NCBI GenBank assembly: GCA_964610885.1
Contig: CAZSWR010000002.1
Location: 23,811-87,810 of the forward strand
Origin: an uncultured Hyphomicrobiales bacterium
GTDB taxonomy: Bacteria > Bacteroidota > Ignavibacteria > Kapaibacteriales > UBA2268
Direction: 5' to 3'
DNA length: 64,000 bases
This document shows, in pieces, positions 9,401-17,585 of the stretch (the first letter of the stretch is position 1; every line of letters starts with the position of its first letter). The notes below the pieces were generated by a model. The model saw only the letters and a list, made by a program, of their open reading frames with translations, made no database searches and was not told where the DNA came from. Made by a program: the position numbers and the translations under genes.

Positions 9401-10232
9401 GATAGTTCTCCAGACGAATGATGTCTATCCCGTCAGGATTCGTTTCATTCCCGAGGGCGAAGTACGGAGGAACATGGTACTGACCGTGCACAATTCCACT
9501 CAATTCTCTCCTTCCGAGATTTCGCTCATTGCCGACGGATACAAACCGTTTTCCGATTCCTTGCTGGCGTATGTCCCGGAGAGGGTTTCGGCAAAAGCAG
9601 GAGACATTATTGACTTGCCATTGAATGTTGTTTTCAAGGGCGCTGCTCCGGTGGCGGCCAATCGCGAAAAGGTTATCGGGCAGCTTAGTTACAATTCAAC
9701 GCTTCTCGAGCCACTGGACTTCCGCGAAACAATGGCAATCGAAAACAACATCGGCACGATAACTTTTTCAGTTGATCCTCAAGCGGATTCATTGCACCCG
9801 AAGCTCATCAAGTTCCGCGCCGGATTGGGCAACGACACGGCGACGGCCATAAAGCTACACAATTCGCATCCCGCGAAGACCTCTCGCTATGCAATCGAAG
9901 AGCGAAGCGGAAAGTTCTCGCTTTTGGGCGTGTGCCAGCAGGGCGGACCGCGCTTGCTCGAAACCGATACTCGTCTCCGGCTTGGCCAGGCCCAACCAAA
10001 CCCGGTCGTGAGCATATCCACAATCGAATTTGAAATGCTGCAACCTGACAAGGCCAAAATGGTGCTCGTCGATATCGATGGCCGCGAAGTGAAAACTCTT
10101 CTCGATGCGCCGCTTATTCCCGGAAAGCACTCCGTTGAAGTAAACTCCGACGGCGTGGCTGCTGGTGTATATTTCTACGTACTGACAGCCGGCACTGACC
10201 GCAAGACTGGCCGTTTGCAAATCGTGAAGTAG
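6456..10232 (+). CDS. Large secreted vWA + WD40 beta-propeller + Ig-like/cohesin-like repeat protein with T9SS C-terminal sorting domain
   Basis: Signal peptide MKFFNYLIKLAFLMIVHSLCLAQS. vWA-like block (LTICIDLSVADD...IVLITDGRKG). WD40 repeats (GHTSGIIW...ASEDSTIRLWN; EEHTNTVN...ASNDSIAKIWNL). Repeated DFG...RDTTV Ig-like modules. The C-terminus PNPVV...GVYFYVLTAG...GRLQIVK is T9SS CTD-like. Confidence 0.8.
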   Translation: MKFFNYLIKLAFLMIVHSLCLAQSSLHVLESDISGYPFIRLKYFAYSTKGVMMQGLAAQDFRAFDNLAEANIIETDCPAQSPQSELSLTICIDLSVADDTIFGDRLAKAKLLAAKIVGAMDSITTTCALTDFGAISRMETDFTRQKQVLLARIASIGSTRAARYENGFLFPLSGAIDVCARGGANKTIVLITDGRKGCQAQEIINAAKESGIKVFALSLSDAISTDLIRICSETGGRHFSGLSDTVLYNGYASMVLSLMFNYQPCEMTLKAQPSCDDDHQVRISLPLYSVWDSFSYALPQQTKPKVETDPKYIGFSAVVPYTQATKKITIIPRNSNLNITKFTFKDSRFSVVSGDVPPGGSISLMKDEPYSITVQFAPTDSSIVYTPLVIESEACSGNIVYITGGYPNTSPKVKTLHMTSPTLRQPLIVGDTARVSWEGLLPADVIQLEYRYSPSMKWDTLVTDITGLDYSWPVPDHLTDSAEIRAIQLWPNNIGETKNFIHKNGVRSAFFNPIDGTTCIIACMDSIARLFNSNTGKLIFDLKGHTSGIIWAEIDNAQKYIFTASEDSTIRLWNYSDGSLVKVISADDDITNAAFSADGKFVAVACKHIGIKLFSVADVQPPIVKACDQGFIWFVRFSSDGKYMLTSGAGSIKCWDYPALTLHSTFQCPTNFETVICIGISSDNSVIGGGTWAGNGYVWDFNSGTIKYTINHISDVAKTVNSMSFHKTATDLTIRKQKIPPQTTLLISSGGNDAKIWYASDGTLIAPLEEHTNTVNTAFFNFDGSRVLTASNDSIAKIWNLDKRGLQTDTCGMFRIVKPLLAAKDIDFGTAQAGGVRDTTVNIFIDNQSDFAYDISSITISGKDASLFSIVENGEPFELDSLGNHAVRLRYAPTASGVHSADLTISYPLATKTVKLNGVAIENGLAGGNAVIDFGDVAIGDFRDTTVSVLLRNQTQSSISIDSITSGEPDHGHFRIIEAPWPIVLQTNDVYPVRIRFIPEGEVRRNMVLTVHNSTQFSPSEISLIADGYKPFSDSLLAYVPERVSAKAGDIIDLPLNVVFKGAAPVAANREKVIGQLSYNSTLLEPLDFRETMAIENNIGTITFSVDPQADSLHPKLIKFRAGLGNDTATAIKLHNSHPAKTSRYAIEERSGKFSLLGVCQQGGPRLLETDTRLRLGQAQPNPVVSISTIEFEMLQPDKAKMVLVDIDGREVKTLLDAPLIPGKHSVEVNSDGVAAGVYFYVLTAGTDRKTGRLQIVK

Positions 10233-10298
10233 GCGAGAAGTGTTGCTATTATTTTCAGTATTTAGTCTCAGCAGCCGACAATAACTTCGTAATAAACT

Positions 10299-10325
10299 GT
10301 AGGGGCGGGTTCCAAACCCGCCCAC
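10299..10325. repeat. REP palindrome GTAGGGGCGGGTTCCAAACCCGCCCAC
   Basis: Imperfect 27-bp palindrome just downstream of the T9SS cargo gene. It belongs to the GTAGGGG...CCCCTAC family. Confidence 0.85.
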
Positions 10326-10447
10326 GGCATATTATTTATATTGATTTGTACAATAGGTTCCTTCACAGAGATTAATGGCTCTATTTCGCTTTGTTAGGGT
10401 ACTCCATTGGGCTATTTAACTATTAGAAAATCATAGCATTACCTGAA

Positions 10448-10474
10448 GTAGGGGCGAGGTAACCTCGCCCTCAC
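10448..10474. repeat. REP palindrome GTAGGGGCGAGGTAACCTCGCCCTCAC
   Basis: Same GTAGGGG end as the other REPs, with a different GC-rich core. Confidence 0.8.
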
Positions 10475-10605
10475 TTTTGTATTATTACCCAAAGAAAGAA
10501 TTCTATGCGTTTTAGTGTTATTTTTGGATATTCAACAGCGTTTAAGCACTTCTTTCAGAAGACAAACATCATCATATTATCACATCTACACATTAGCAAA
10601 TCATT

Positions 10606-10630
10606 GGGCGGGTTTGGAACCCGCCCCTAC
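10606..10630. repeat. REP palindrome GGGCGGGTTTGGAACCCGCCCCTAC (inverted orientation relative to 10299)
   Basis: The complete CCCCTAC end is on the right side, mirroring the copy at 10299. This resembles a BIME-like pair. Confidence 0.85.
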
Positions 10631-10704
10631 ATCTCTCGTGTTGCATCACATCAGCTAATTAACAAATCCCAGGGCAGATTATTAATAGTCAGCGTTAATG
10701 ATAA

Positions 10705-11832
10705 CTATTCTTCTGTTTCCAGGTTGGGCACGGTTAAGAAGAAAGTGGTGCCGGTGGCCTCTTCGGAAGTGAAACTGACGGTGCCCTTCAGGTATTTTTC
10801 TGTAAAGAGTTTAATCGAATAGGTTCCAATGCCGCGGCCTGCGCCTTTGGTCGAGAAAGATTTCTGGAAAATCTGTTGCTTGACTTCGTCGGGCATGACT
10901 TTAGAGTTATTGACGCATACCTCGAGATGGCCGTTTTCGACAGCCGACGAGATTTTGACAGTGCCGCGAGGCGCAACGGCTTCGAGCGCATTTTTCAGCA
11001 GATTCGAGATCGTTCGGCCGAGCAAGGTGCGGTCAGTATTAATGACGGCATTTTTAGATATTTCTTCGTATATGATCGTACAATCCCTGGCGAACTCGTA
11101 GTGTTTGTTAAGATCAATAATTTCTTTAATAAATTGCCTAATATTAATTTCGGAAACTTCCAATGCCAGTGTGCCCTTTTCGGCGGACAGAAGCTGCCTT
11201 TGGTTTCTGATTTCGTCGATCAATTGCCGGGAGGCCTGAGAAAGCATAGATGAATACTCGTCGTATTCTGGGGGCAGTTCCATTTTCAGTATTTCGCCGA
11301 TTGATTGGATCCCCGAGGCTGTATTCATAATATCGTGGAAGAAAACCCGTTCGAGCACTTCGCGGCGTTTTTCATTGCTTATGTCTGCCATCGCAAAAAT
11401 TATAAAATCGGAACCATTCTTTTTGAATGGGGAAGAGGTTACACGAAGAGTAAGCGAATTCCCATCTAATTGGGTCATTCGGCATTCTTTGGAATTCTCG
11501 ATTCCGTTCAGTCCGGTCAGGATCGACACCAGAGCACCGCAATACTTGCATCCTTCCGTCGTACCGCATCCGACGCCTCCTTCGGTCCTGACGCAGCCAA
11601 ATATTTCGCCAGGCCGGTTGCCATAGAGTTCGCTGCGGTCTTCCAAATCGAACAGATTCATCAGAGCTTTATTGATAAAAACCGTTTGACGATTGCTGTC
11701 GAGTATCATTATCAGATCGGGTATTTTGTCGAAAAGCAATTGAAAATATCCATCCTGCCGGAAAATAGAAATTTCTTTTTCCAGAATTTCTGGAGCTGTC
11801 CGCGAGAGCAATTCTTCTCTTATGATATCCAT
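10705..11832 (-). CDS. Cytoplasmic PAS sensor histidine kinase with a Cx8Cx5Cx2C motif
   Basis: N-terminal PAS-like region containing FGCVRTEGGVGCGTTEGCKYCGA. H-box FFHDIMNTASGI. HATPase motifs NLLKNALEA and GRGIGTYSIKLF. No hydrophobic TM segment is visible. Confidence 0.85.
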   Translation of the reverse strand: MDIIREELLSRTAPEILEKEISIFRQDGYFQLLFDKIPDLIMILDSNRQTVFINKALMNLFDLEDRSELYGNRPGEIFGCVRTEGGVGCGTTEGCKYCGALVSILTGLNGIENSKECRMTQLDGNSLTLRVTSSPFKKNGSDFIIFAMADISNEKRREVLERVFFHDIMNTASGIQSIGEILKMELPPEYDEYSSMLSQASRQLIDEIRNQRQLLSAEKGTLALEVSEINIRQFIKEIIDLNKHYEFARDCTIIYEEISKNAVINTDRTLLGRTISNLLKNALEAVAPRGTVKISSAVENGHLEVCVNNSKVMPDEVKQQIFQKSFSTKGAGRGIGTYSIKLFTEKYLKGTVSFTSEEATGTTFFLTVPNLETEE

Positions 11833-11891
11833 TTTTTTTCTTTCGATGTCAAAAAAATCAAATTAATAAACGAATATTTTTGCTTGATATT

Positions 11892-12836
11892 TTACCAGAG
11901 CGAAAATCCGAGGGATACCGATGCGAAAAGCCCACTGAAATCATCAACCTTTTTTGTGGGCAACAGGTATCCGCATGTAGCTGAGATATTCAGATTCCTA
12001 TTCGAGTAGCACCACACGCCGACTTGTGGATTGAAGAGGAACAGGCTGCCGATTTCCCGTTGGTTGATGCCGCTCAGCTCGACGCCATAGAAAGGAATCA
12101 AATACGAACGGTTTACGTTCCTCTCGAATGAAACCTGCATGCCTAAGCCGTATTTGAATGCGACGCCGAGGCTGTCTTTGTTGGATTCCATATAATCGAA
12201 ACGAAGGAATAGTTTCCCGAGGCAGGGGCCTTTGTTGTCGTTGTGGTGCGCCCACGATACCAAATCGAACTGAATGTTGCCGCCTTTGAATGTGCCATAG
12301 TCTGATTTGTTCTTTGGCGCAAAATAGGTGAACCCGACATTCGGGATGAAACTGGTTGTCCAATCGTCCACGATGCGAATCCTGAGGGGGACCTCTTCGG
12401 TGTGGTATTTGCTGGAAACCTTGATTGTGTAATTATAATCGCCGAGTTCGTCCGAGGTGGCCACCCAAGAGAAACAACGCATTTGCTTGTTGAACCGTAC
12501 ATTTCGCGGTTTTGGAGTGATTGAACATGTAAAACTGTCCAGGTTTCGCGTATAGCAGCCCTGCATCGAATTCTGCATATTAGTTTCATCTTCGTCGAAA
12601 TTAAAAAATACTTCGATAGGCCTGTCGATAGAGCAAAACATAATGGAATTGGCATTGTAGTTCGTGCGGCCATAGAGCGAGTAATACTGATTAGGCGAAA
12701 TGCTGATCGAGAATTCCTTCCTCAGGCATTCCGAATTGTTCGCGGGTTCTTGATCGTTATCATTTTTCTGAGCAAAAGCGAAAGAACATGCAGCAAGGAA
12801 CAAAACAAGAGATACAATTAGCAAACGATTCTTCAT
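11892..12836 (-). CDS. Hypothetical secreted / outer-membrane beta-barrel-like protein
   Basis: ATG at 12836 gives the signal peptide MKNRLLIVSLVLFLAACSFAFAQ. The C-terminus ...SVSLGFSLW ends in an aromatic residue, as OMPs typically do. No recognised family. Confidence 0.45.
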   Translation of the reverse strand: MKNRLLIVSLVLFLAACSFAFAQKNDNDQEPANNSECLRKEFSISISPNQYYSLYGRTNYNANSIMFCSIDRPIEVFFNFDEDETNMQNSMQGCYTRNLDSFTCSITPKPRNVRFNKQMRCFSWVATSDELGDYNYTIKVSSKYHTEEVPLRIRIVDDWTTSFIPNVGFTYFAPKNKSDYGTFKGGNIQFDLVSWAHHNDNKGPCLGKLFLRFDYMESNKDSLGVAFKYGLGMQVSFERNVNRSYLIPFYGVELSGINQREIGSLFLFNPQVGVWCYSNRNLNISATCGYLLPTKKVDDFSGLFASVSLGFSLW

Positions 12837-13409
12837 TTGGATTTCCACCGGAAAGTTTCAAAAACACAATTTCAATAGAACAAATTACAAAATATCGATT
12901 GAATTCGCCAGATAAAAAATGAAAAAGTGTTTTCGAGGAGAACGGTGCTATACAAAACAAATATCAGCAAAGACACAAATACCACAACCAACAGATTATC
13001 TGGTGTTATGGGTAGTTTTATACACATTCTTTCGTTCTACAAATGTATTATAAAACAAGGGAATTAGTTTGAAGCATAACCTAACATAAAAATTAGGAAC
13101 GAGATGACGGATATTTTATATAGAAATAAATAAACGTGTTGTGAAAATGATGCAGTTCATATCTTGTTTGAATGATAGTGCATTATTAAATCGAGGCGAA
13201 AGGAGTAACGATAAAAAAAAATGGTATTAAGAGGTGTTTTGAAGTAATTTTATTTTTTTATTATGTATTTAATAGTTAAATTAAATTGTTTAAAAAAATG
13301 AAATATTTTTTTCGTTTTTGTAAATAAAATATATTTATATACGTTGTATGAACTACAGCATTTCTTGAAATATTTTTGATGTATTTACCAAAGAAGGGTG
13401 AAGTGTTTT

Positions 13410-13868
13410 ATGGGAAAAAAAATCGATTCACTACGCCGGGGCGGATTTTTAATAGCAAAAATCCACCAGCTCTCCGGAAGAGTCTTCGCTCGCAAATTGA
13501 AGGAGCAAGGGGTTCTTGAAATCAATCCATCGCAGGGCCGAATCCTTTTTGCCCTCTGGGAGCAGGACAATATTCCGATAACAGAGCTGTCGCACCGCAC
13601 TCAGTTGGAGAAATCAACCCTGACGAGCATGCTCAACAGGCTCGAGCGAGAGGGATACGTCGAGAGAGTGCGCTCCACGGACGACAAAAGGAAAATTTGC
13701 ATCAGAAGAACCAAGAAAGACAAAGCGTTCCAAAAGTCTTACTTAGAGATTACTGATAGCATGGCCAAGCTAATCTATCAGGGACGCTCGGCCGAAGAAG
13801 TCAACCAATTCGAAGAGTTCCTCTCGAAGGTATTGGAAAACCTCGAAGAATACGAAGAGACCAGATAG
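13410..13868 (+). CDS. MarR-family transcriptional regulator
   Basis: Winged-HTH pattern LFALWEQDNIPITELSHRTQLEKSTLTSMLNRLEREGYVERVRSTDDKRK. Confidence 0.85.
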   Translation: MGKKIDSLRRGGFLIAKIHQLSGRVFARKLKEQGVLEINPSQGRILFALWEQDNIPITELSHRTQLEKSTLTSMLNRLEREGYVERVRSTDDKRKICIRRTKKDKAFQKSYLEITDSMAKLIYQGRSAEEVNQFEEFLSKVLENLEEYEETR

Positions 13869-13926
13869 GACAATCATTCGCCCGCGATAGGCGAATGATT
13901 TGTATTAGATGGAGGTATTTGAATAA

Positions 13927-13968
13927 AGAGAACTAATCCGCAATGCTTTGCGGGTTGTTCTCTTTTTC
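13927..13968 (+). terminator. Rho-independent terminator after marR
   Basis: AGAGAAC...GTTCTCT outer stem with an inner CCGCAA/TTGCGG stem, followed by a T-rich run. A second hairpin (AATCATTCGCC/GGCGAATGATT) lies at 13872-13901. Confidence 0.6.
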
Positions 13969-14079
13969 TTTTGCTTCAAGTATGAACAATTTTCGCTGGC
14001 GAGCAAAAATCAATCCCGCCGGCGCCGCCTTTTTTCTTATATTTGCACTGATTTGAGTTCTGTGAATTATTATTTTTTA

Positions 14080-14787
14080 ATGAATATGTTACTTTTCGCA
14101 ACAAAACTAATAATGATTGCCGTCTCGACGGTATATTATTCGCTGAGTGTGCTCTTCCTGCTTGCCCGGAAAAAGTCTGGGGACGACGTTTATAACGAAA
14201 TTGTGAGGTGGTCCGCTTCACTGCTGCGGATCACAGGTGTGAAGATAGATGTTACGGGCCTGGAGAATCTGCCGGATGGCGAATCGTTCGTGTTTATGCC
14301 GAACCATTCGTCCTTGTTCGATATTCCGGTATTCCTGTGTGGCATCGGCCGGAAGACATCGATTATCTACAAAAAGGAGCTTGAACGGGTGCCGATTTGG
14401 GGCTATGCGCTCAAGAAATCGCCGTTCATCAGCATCAACCGTGCGGACGCCCGCGAGGCAATGGGCGCGATGGAAGAGGCGGCTCGCAGCCTGGACGAGG
14501 ACGCATCGATTCTGATTTTTCCGGAGGGGACGCGGTCAGAAGACGGGCGCTTGGGCGAGTTCAAACGCGGAGCTTTTATGATGGCCGGATTCACAGGGAA
14601 GCGCATTGTGCCGGTTACGCTGATTGGTACGGCAGAAATTCTGCCCCGAAAAAAATATTTTTTCAAGAGTGGAACTGTTCGTTTCATAGTCGGCAGTCCG
14701 CGGGAAGTGCCTGATAAAAAAGACCGTTTGGCCGAGAAGGCCTTAATAGCAGAGCTTCACGAAGAAATAAAAAATAATTTACCATAA
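14080..14787 (+). CDS. plsC: 1-acyl-sn-glycerol-3-phosphate acyltransferase
   Basis: HX4D acyltransferase motif NHSSLFD and FPEGTRS motif. ATG at 14080 precedes the N-terminal TM helix. The track start at 13948 runs through the terminator and was not used. Confidence 0.85.
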   Translation: MNMLLFATKLIMIAVSTVYYSLSVLFLLARKKSGDDVYNEIVRWSASLLRITGVKIDVTGLENLPDGESFVFMPNHSSLFDIPVFLCGIGRKTSIIYKKELERVPIWGYALKKSPFISINRADAREAMGAMEEAARSLDEDASILIFPEGTRSEDGRLGEFKRGAFMMAGFTGKRIVPVTLIGTAEILPRKKYFFKSGTVRFIVGSPREVPDKKDRLAEKALIAELHEEIKNNLP

Positions 14788-14842
14788 AAAAAGTATTTGG
14801 TAGATCGGAAAAAAGTTCGTAATTTTGAATTCTAAGTTCTTT

Positions 14843-14915
14843 GGTCAGGTAGCTCAGTTGGTAGAGCAGTGGACTGAAAATCCACGTGTCGGCGGTTCAA
14901 ATCCGTCTCTGACCA
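14843..14915 (+). tRNA. tRNA-Phe (anticodon GAA)
   Basis: A cloverleaf can be read by eye. Acceptor GGTCAGG/TCTGACC, D-arm GCTCAGTTGGTAGAGC, anticodon stem-loop GTGGA-CTGAAAA-TCCAC, T-arm GGCGG-TTCAAAT-CCGTC. CCA is not encoded. Confidence 0.95.
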
Positions 14916-14928
14916 CAACACAAAAATA

Positions 14929-14957
14929 AGCCTCCGAAATTCGAGAGGCTTTTTTTT
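14929..14957 (+). terminator. Rho-independent terminator after tRNA-Phe
   Basis: GCCTCCGAA/TTCGAGAGGC stem followed by T7. Confidence 0.8.
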
Positions 14958-15517
14958 ATGTCTCCCCGCATTAGGACTGAAACCCATTCTAAGTAACACA
15001 GCATTCTGTTCATATTACTATTGATATTCAGACGTTGCAAGCATTCATCGGCAGTGACTGCTAAAAATAGAAAAAAAATTTATATTACTGTGAAATTATT
15101 ATTTGTATTTAATAATAAAATATTTGTATGTTTGTATTAAAGTCAATTGATATAGTAGAATGTGATTTCGTTCATCGGTGTTAGCACCGGGTATTGAAAT
15201 AAAGACCTCCCCCAAAGAGAGTATTATGGTACTCTTTGCTGGTACACAAAGTGGTTGTTCGGAAAGCTATACGTAGCCGGTAACGACTACTTCGCGAATC
15301 TTTTGTATGCAGTGACGGGAGTTCCTAAGCGAGCTACAGTGCGAGTAGGGGAGATGGAATGGGAGAGGCAGGGGAAGTGGAGGGAATATGAAATAAATCA
15401 AATCCATAGTAATTATCAAGTTATAAAGCTGACCAGTGAATTAGTTGTTTATGTGAAGGGAATGGCGTCTACGAAGTGGTGAATATTAATATTTTTAAAA
15501 TAAATTAGAGAATTGAA

Positions 15518-16084
15518 ATGATAGAATTTTGGAAATTATTTTCTGAGGAATTATTTAACAATCTTAATTTATTGAGGAATGGTTGGTTTTTAAGATATTA
15601 TGATAAGTCAAAATTTACTTATCATACAATAAATAGTATTATTCCATTTGTTGGAAAAAGATTAGGGCTTGAAATAGAATCTGAGTTAAGATTACCTGAT
15701 CATAGTAGAATAGATTTTGTATATGGTAGAAATATTCATAATCGTTTTCAAATTAATTTTGCAATTGAACATGAGAATGAATGGGATTCTTGGTATGAAG
15801 AATTACTAAAACTCTCAGAATTGAATTTGGATATAAAAAAAGTGCTAATATCATATTACCATTGGCGTGATGAAAATATTGATTGTGTAAAGCATAACAT
15901 ATTATATAATTGTAATCCCCAAAGACTTAATAAAGATTTCCTTTTTATATTTGGGCCAGGTGAGTTTCCCAAAAATGATCTTGGAAAAAAAAGTGTAAAA
16001 GATCAAGATTACAAAGCATTTGTATTTAATGGAACTAAATTTGAAGATTTAGAAGATATTCCAATATTAAGAAATCTTAAATAG
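15518..16084 (+). CDS. Hypothetical protein with a possible restriction-endonuclease-like core (islet gene 1)
   Basis: 188-aa ORF with strongly AT-rich codon usage. The segment HSRIDFVY...(16 aa)...FAIEHENE resembles the D...E-x-(K/E) strands of the PD-(D/E)XK fold. The family was not recognised. Confidence 0.4.
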   Translation: MIEFWKLFSEELFNNLNLLRNGWFLRYYDKSKFTYHTINSIIPFVGKRLGLEIESELRLPDHSRIDFVYGRNIHNRFQINFAIEHENEWDSWYEELLKLSELNLDIKKVLISYYHWRDENIDCVKHNILYNCNPQRLNKDFLFIFGPGEFPKNDLGKKSVKDQDYKAFVFNGTKFEDLEDIPILRNLK

Positions 16085-16194
16085 AAGTAATATATGATTA
16101 TTTGAAAATTCCGAAGCCATTTGCTTGATTATGATTATTGAGTGGCTGCATCTCTCATATTTATTGATTAATTACAAACTAACTGGAAAATGAA

Positions 16195-17388
16195 ATGGAA
16201 AAGTTAAAACTGTTGGAAGAATATTCAAAAATATCAAATGAACTAAAAGAGAACATGCTATACAATCTTTCTAAATCTTCGAAAGAACTCTTTCATAGCG
16301 ATTTTATATGCTGGCTTATAAACAAATATCCAACGGCTTTGAGGAGGATGTTTGAGAGAGTATTGGACAAAGAATTGAAAGATTTTTCAATTTGCCAAAG
16401 AGAAAAAGATAGGTTGGATCTTTCCATTTGTGGCATCAATAATGATCCTAATTTCAATCCCAATTCCAATATGCTTTTAGTTATTGAAAATAAAGTCAAG
16501 AGTTATCCATATAAAAATCAATTAATTAAATATAACAAGACATTAGAAAAAGAATTAAATGTAGAAAAAATTCTTCTGACATTATTTAACCCGACACAAA
16601 AAGATAGTATTGAAGGTTGGACTGTCGTCGAATACAAAACACTATTTAACAAAAACAATTGCAAGGAATTATTAGAATCGGCTACTCAGAATGACCAATA
16701 TATTATCAATCAATATTTGGATTTTTGGAACAATATGCAATTGATTATTAAATATGTAAATATGAATGATTCTTTTGCTTTGTTCGACAGGGATAATAAA
16801 ATATTTACTACACTAAATGATATTGGCCTGGGTTACAACTATATAAAAATATGTTACTTGGATTTAAGTTTTAAAGTATTTGAATCTTTGAAAAAATCCT
16901 CGGATGTTACTTCTGCAATTCTTACAGAATCATGGTTGGTCGAGAAAGGTGCGTTCAATGTCTCTTCTTGGTTCACCAATAGAAGCAATCAACCATTAGT
17001 TGATATAAACTATTGCATTGAGAATAAATCAAAAAGTCGTGGGTTTGGTGTTCAATTACAAGAAAGAGGTTTTAAATTATATTCAAACACTTCACAAGGA
17101 CAAATCGAATTGCCACTAAATGTATTAAAAGAGCTGTTGAAAACAATTCAAGAAAACAATAGTGATCTATTTGATGAAACAGTGAGAAACATCGGACAAA
17201 GAGAATCTTCTAAATCAAACAACACCTACAAGTATGTAAAGTTAAATCTTCGATCTGACATTACCGTAGAGCAAGTTACGAACCTTATGGTGTCTTCAAT
17301 GCTGCTATTATACAATGACTACATAGCTAATAATTATAAACGCGAAAAAATACAACCAATAATTGGCAAAATTTCTACTGATAATTAG
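16195..17388 (+). CDS. PD-(D/E)XK nuclease superfamily protein (islet gene 2)
   Basis: 397 aa. The N-terminal pattern ELFHSDFICWL...RLDLSI...LLVIENKVKS...QLIKY (H, D, ExK, QxxxY) is typical of PDDEXK-type orphan nucleases. The C-terminal ~230 aa are unassigned. Confidence 0.6.
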   Translation: MEKLKLLEEYSKISNELKENMLYNLSKSSKELFHSDFICWLINKYPTALRRMFERVLDKELKDFSICQREKDRLDLSICGINNDPNFNPNSNMLLVIENKVKSYPYKNQLIKYNKTLEKELNVEKILLTLFNPTQKDSIEGWTVVEYKTLFNKNNCKELLESATQNDQYIINQYLDFWNNMQLIIKYVNMNDSFALFDRDNKIFTTLNDIGLGYNYIKICYLDLSFKVFESLKKSSDVTSAILTESWLVEKGAFNVSSWFTNRSNQPLVDINYCIENKSKSRGFGVQLQERGFKLYSNTSQGQIELPLNVLKELLKTIQENNSDLFDETVRNIGQRESSKSNNTYKYVKLNLRSDITVEQVTNLMVSSMLLLYNDYIANNYKREKIQPIIGKISTDN

Positions 17389-17585
17389 CAGGTACATTTC
17401 AAAGCATAAAGCAAACTCCACAGCGAATATCAGTATTTCAGATCGATTTGATGGGCTTGTGTTATTTACATAAAGCCCATCAATCGTATTATACGCTCTT
17501 CCACATAATACAGCCAATCGCTTATGCACTAATATTCTCGTAACCTTCTGTGTTCTTCGTCTCTCTTGCAATCGCCACCTTCCAC

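Noticed and set aside
9855-10822. ORFs 9855-10325 (minus) and 10505-10822 (plus), both containing GGFGTRPY
   Set aside because: The shared peptide is simply the translation of the REP palindrome (GGGCGGGTTTGGAACCCGCCCCTAC). The rest overlaps real genes or AT-rich spacer.
15255-15482. 75-aa ORF in the islet leader
   Set aside because: It has a TTG start, no recognisable domain, and lies in the purine-rich structured patch. It is kept only as an alternative explanation in the corresponding finding.
17389-17585. Right-end attachment repeat (attR) for the tRNA-Phe islet
   Set aside because: The best match to the tRNA 3' end (CCGTCTCTGACCA) is only CGTCTCT at about 17557. That is too short to call, and no integrase is present. 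The islet boundaries therefore rest on composition alone.
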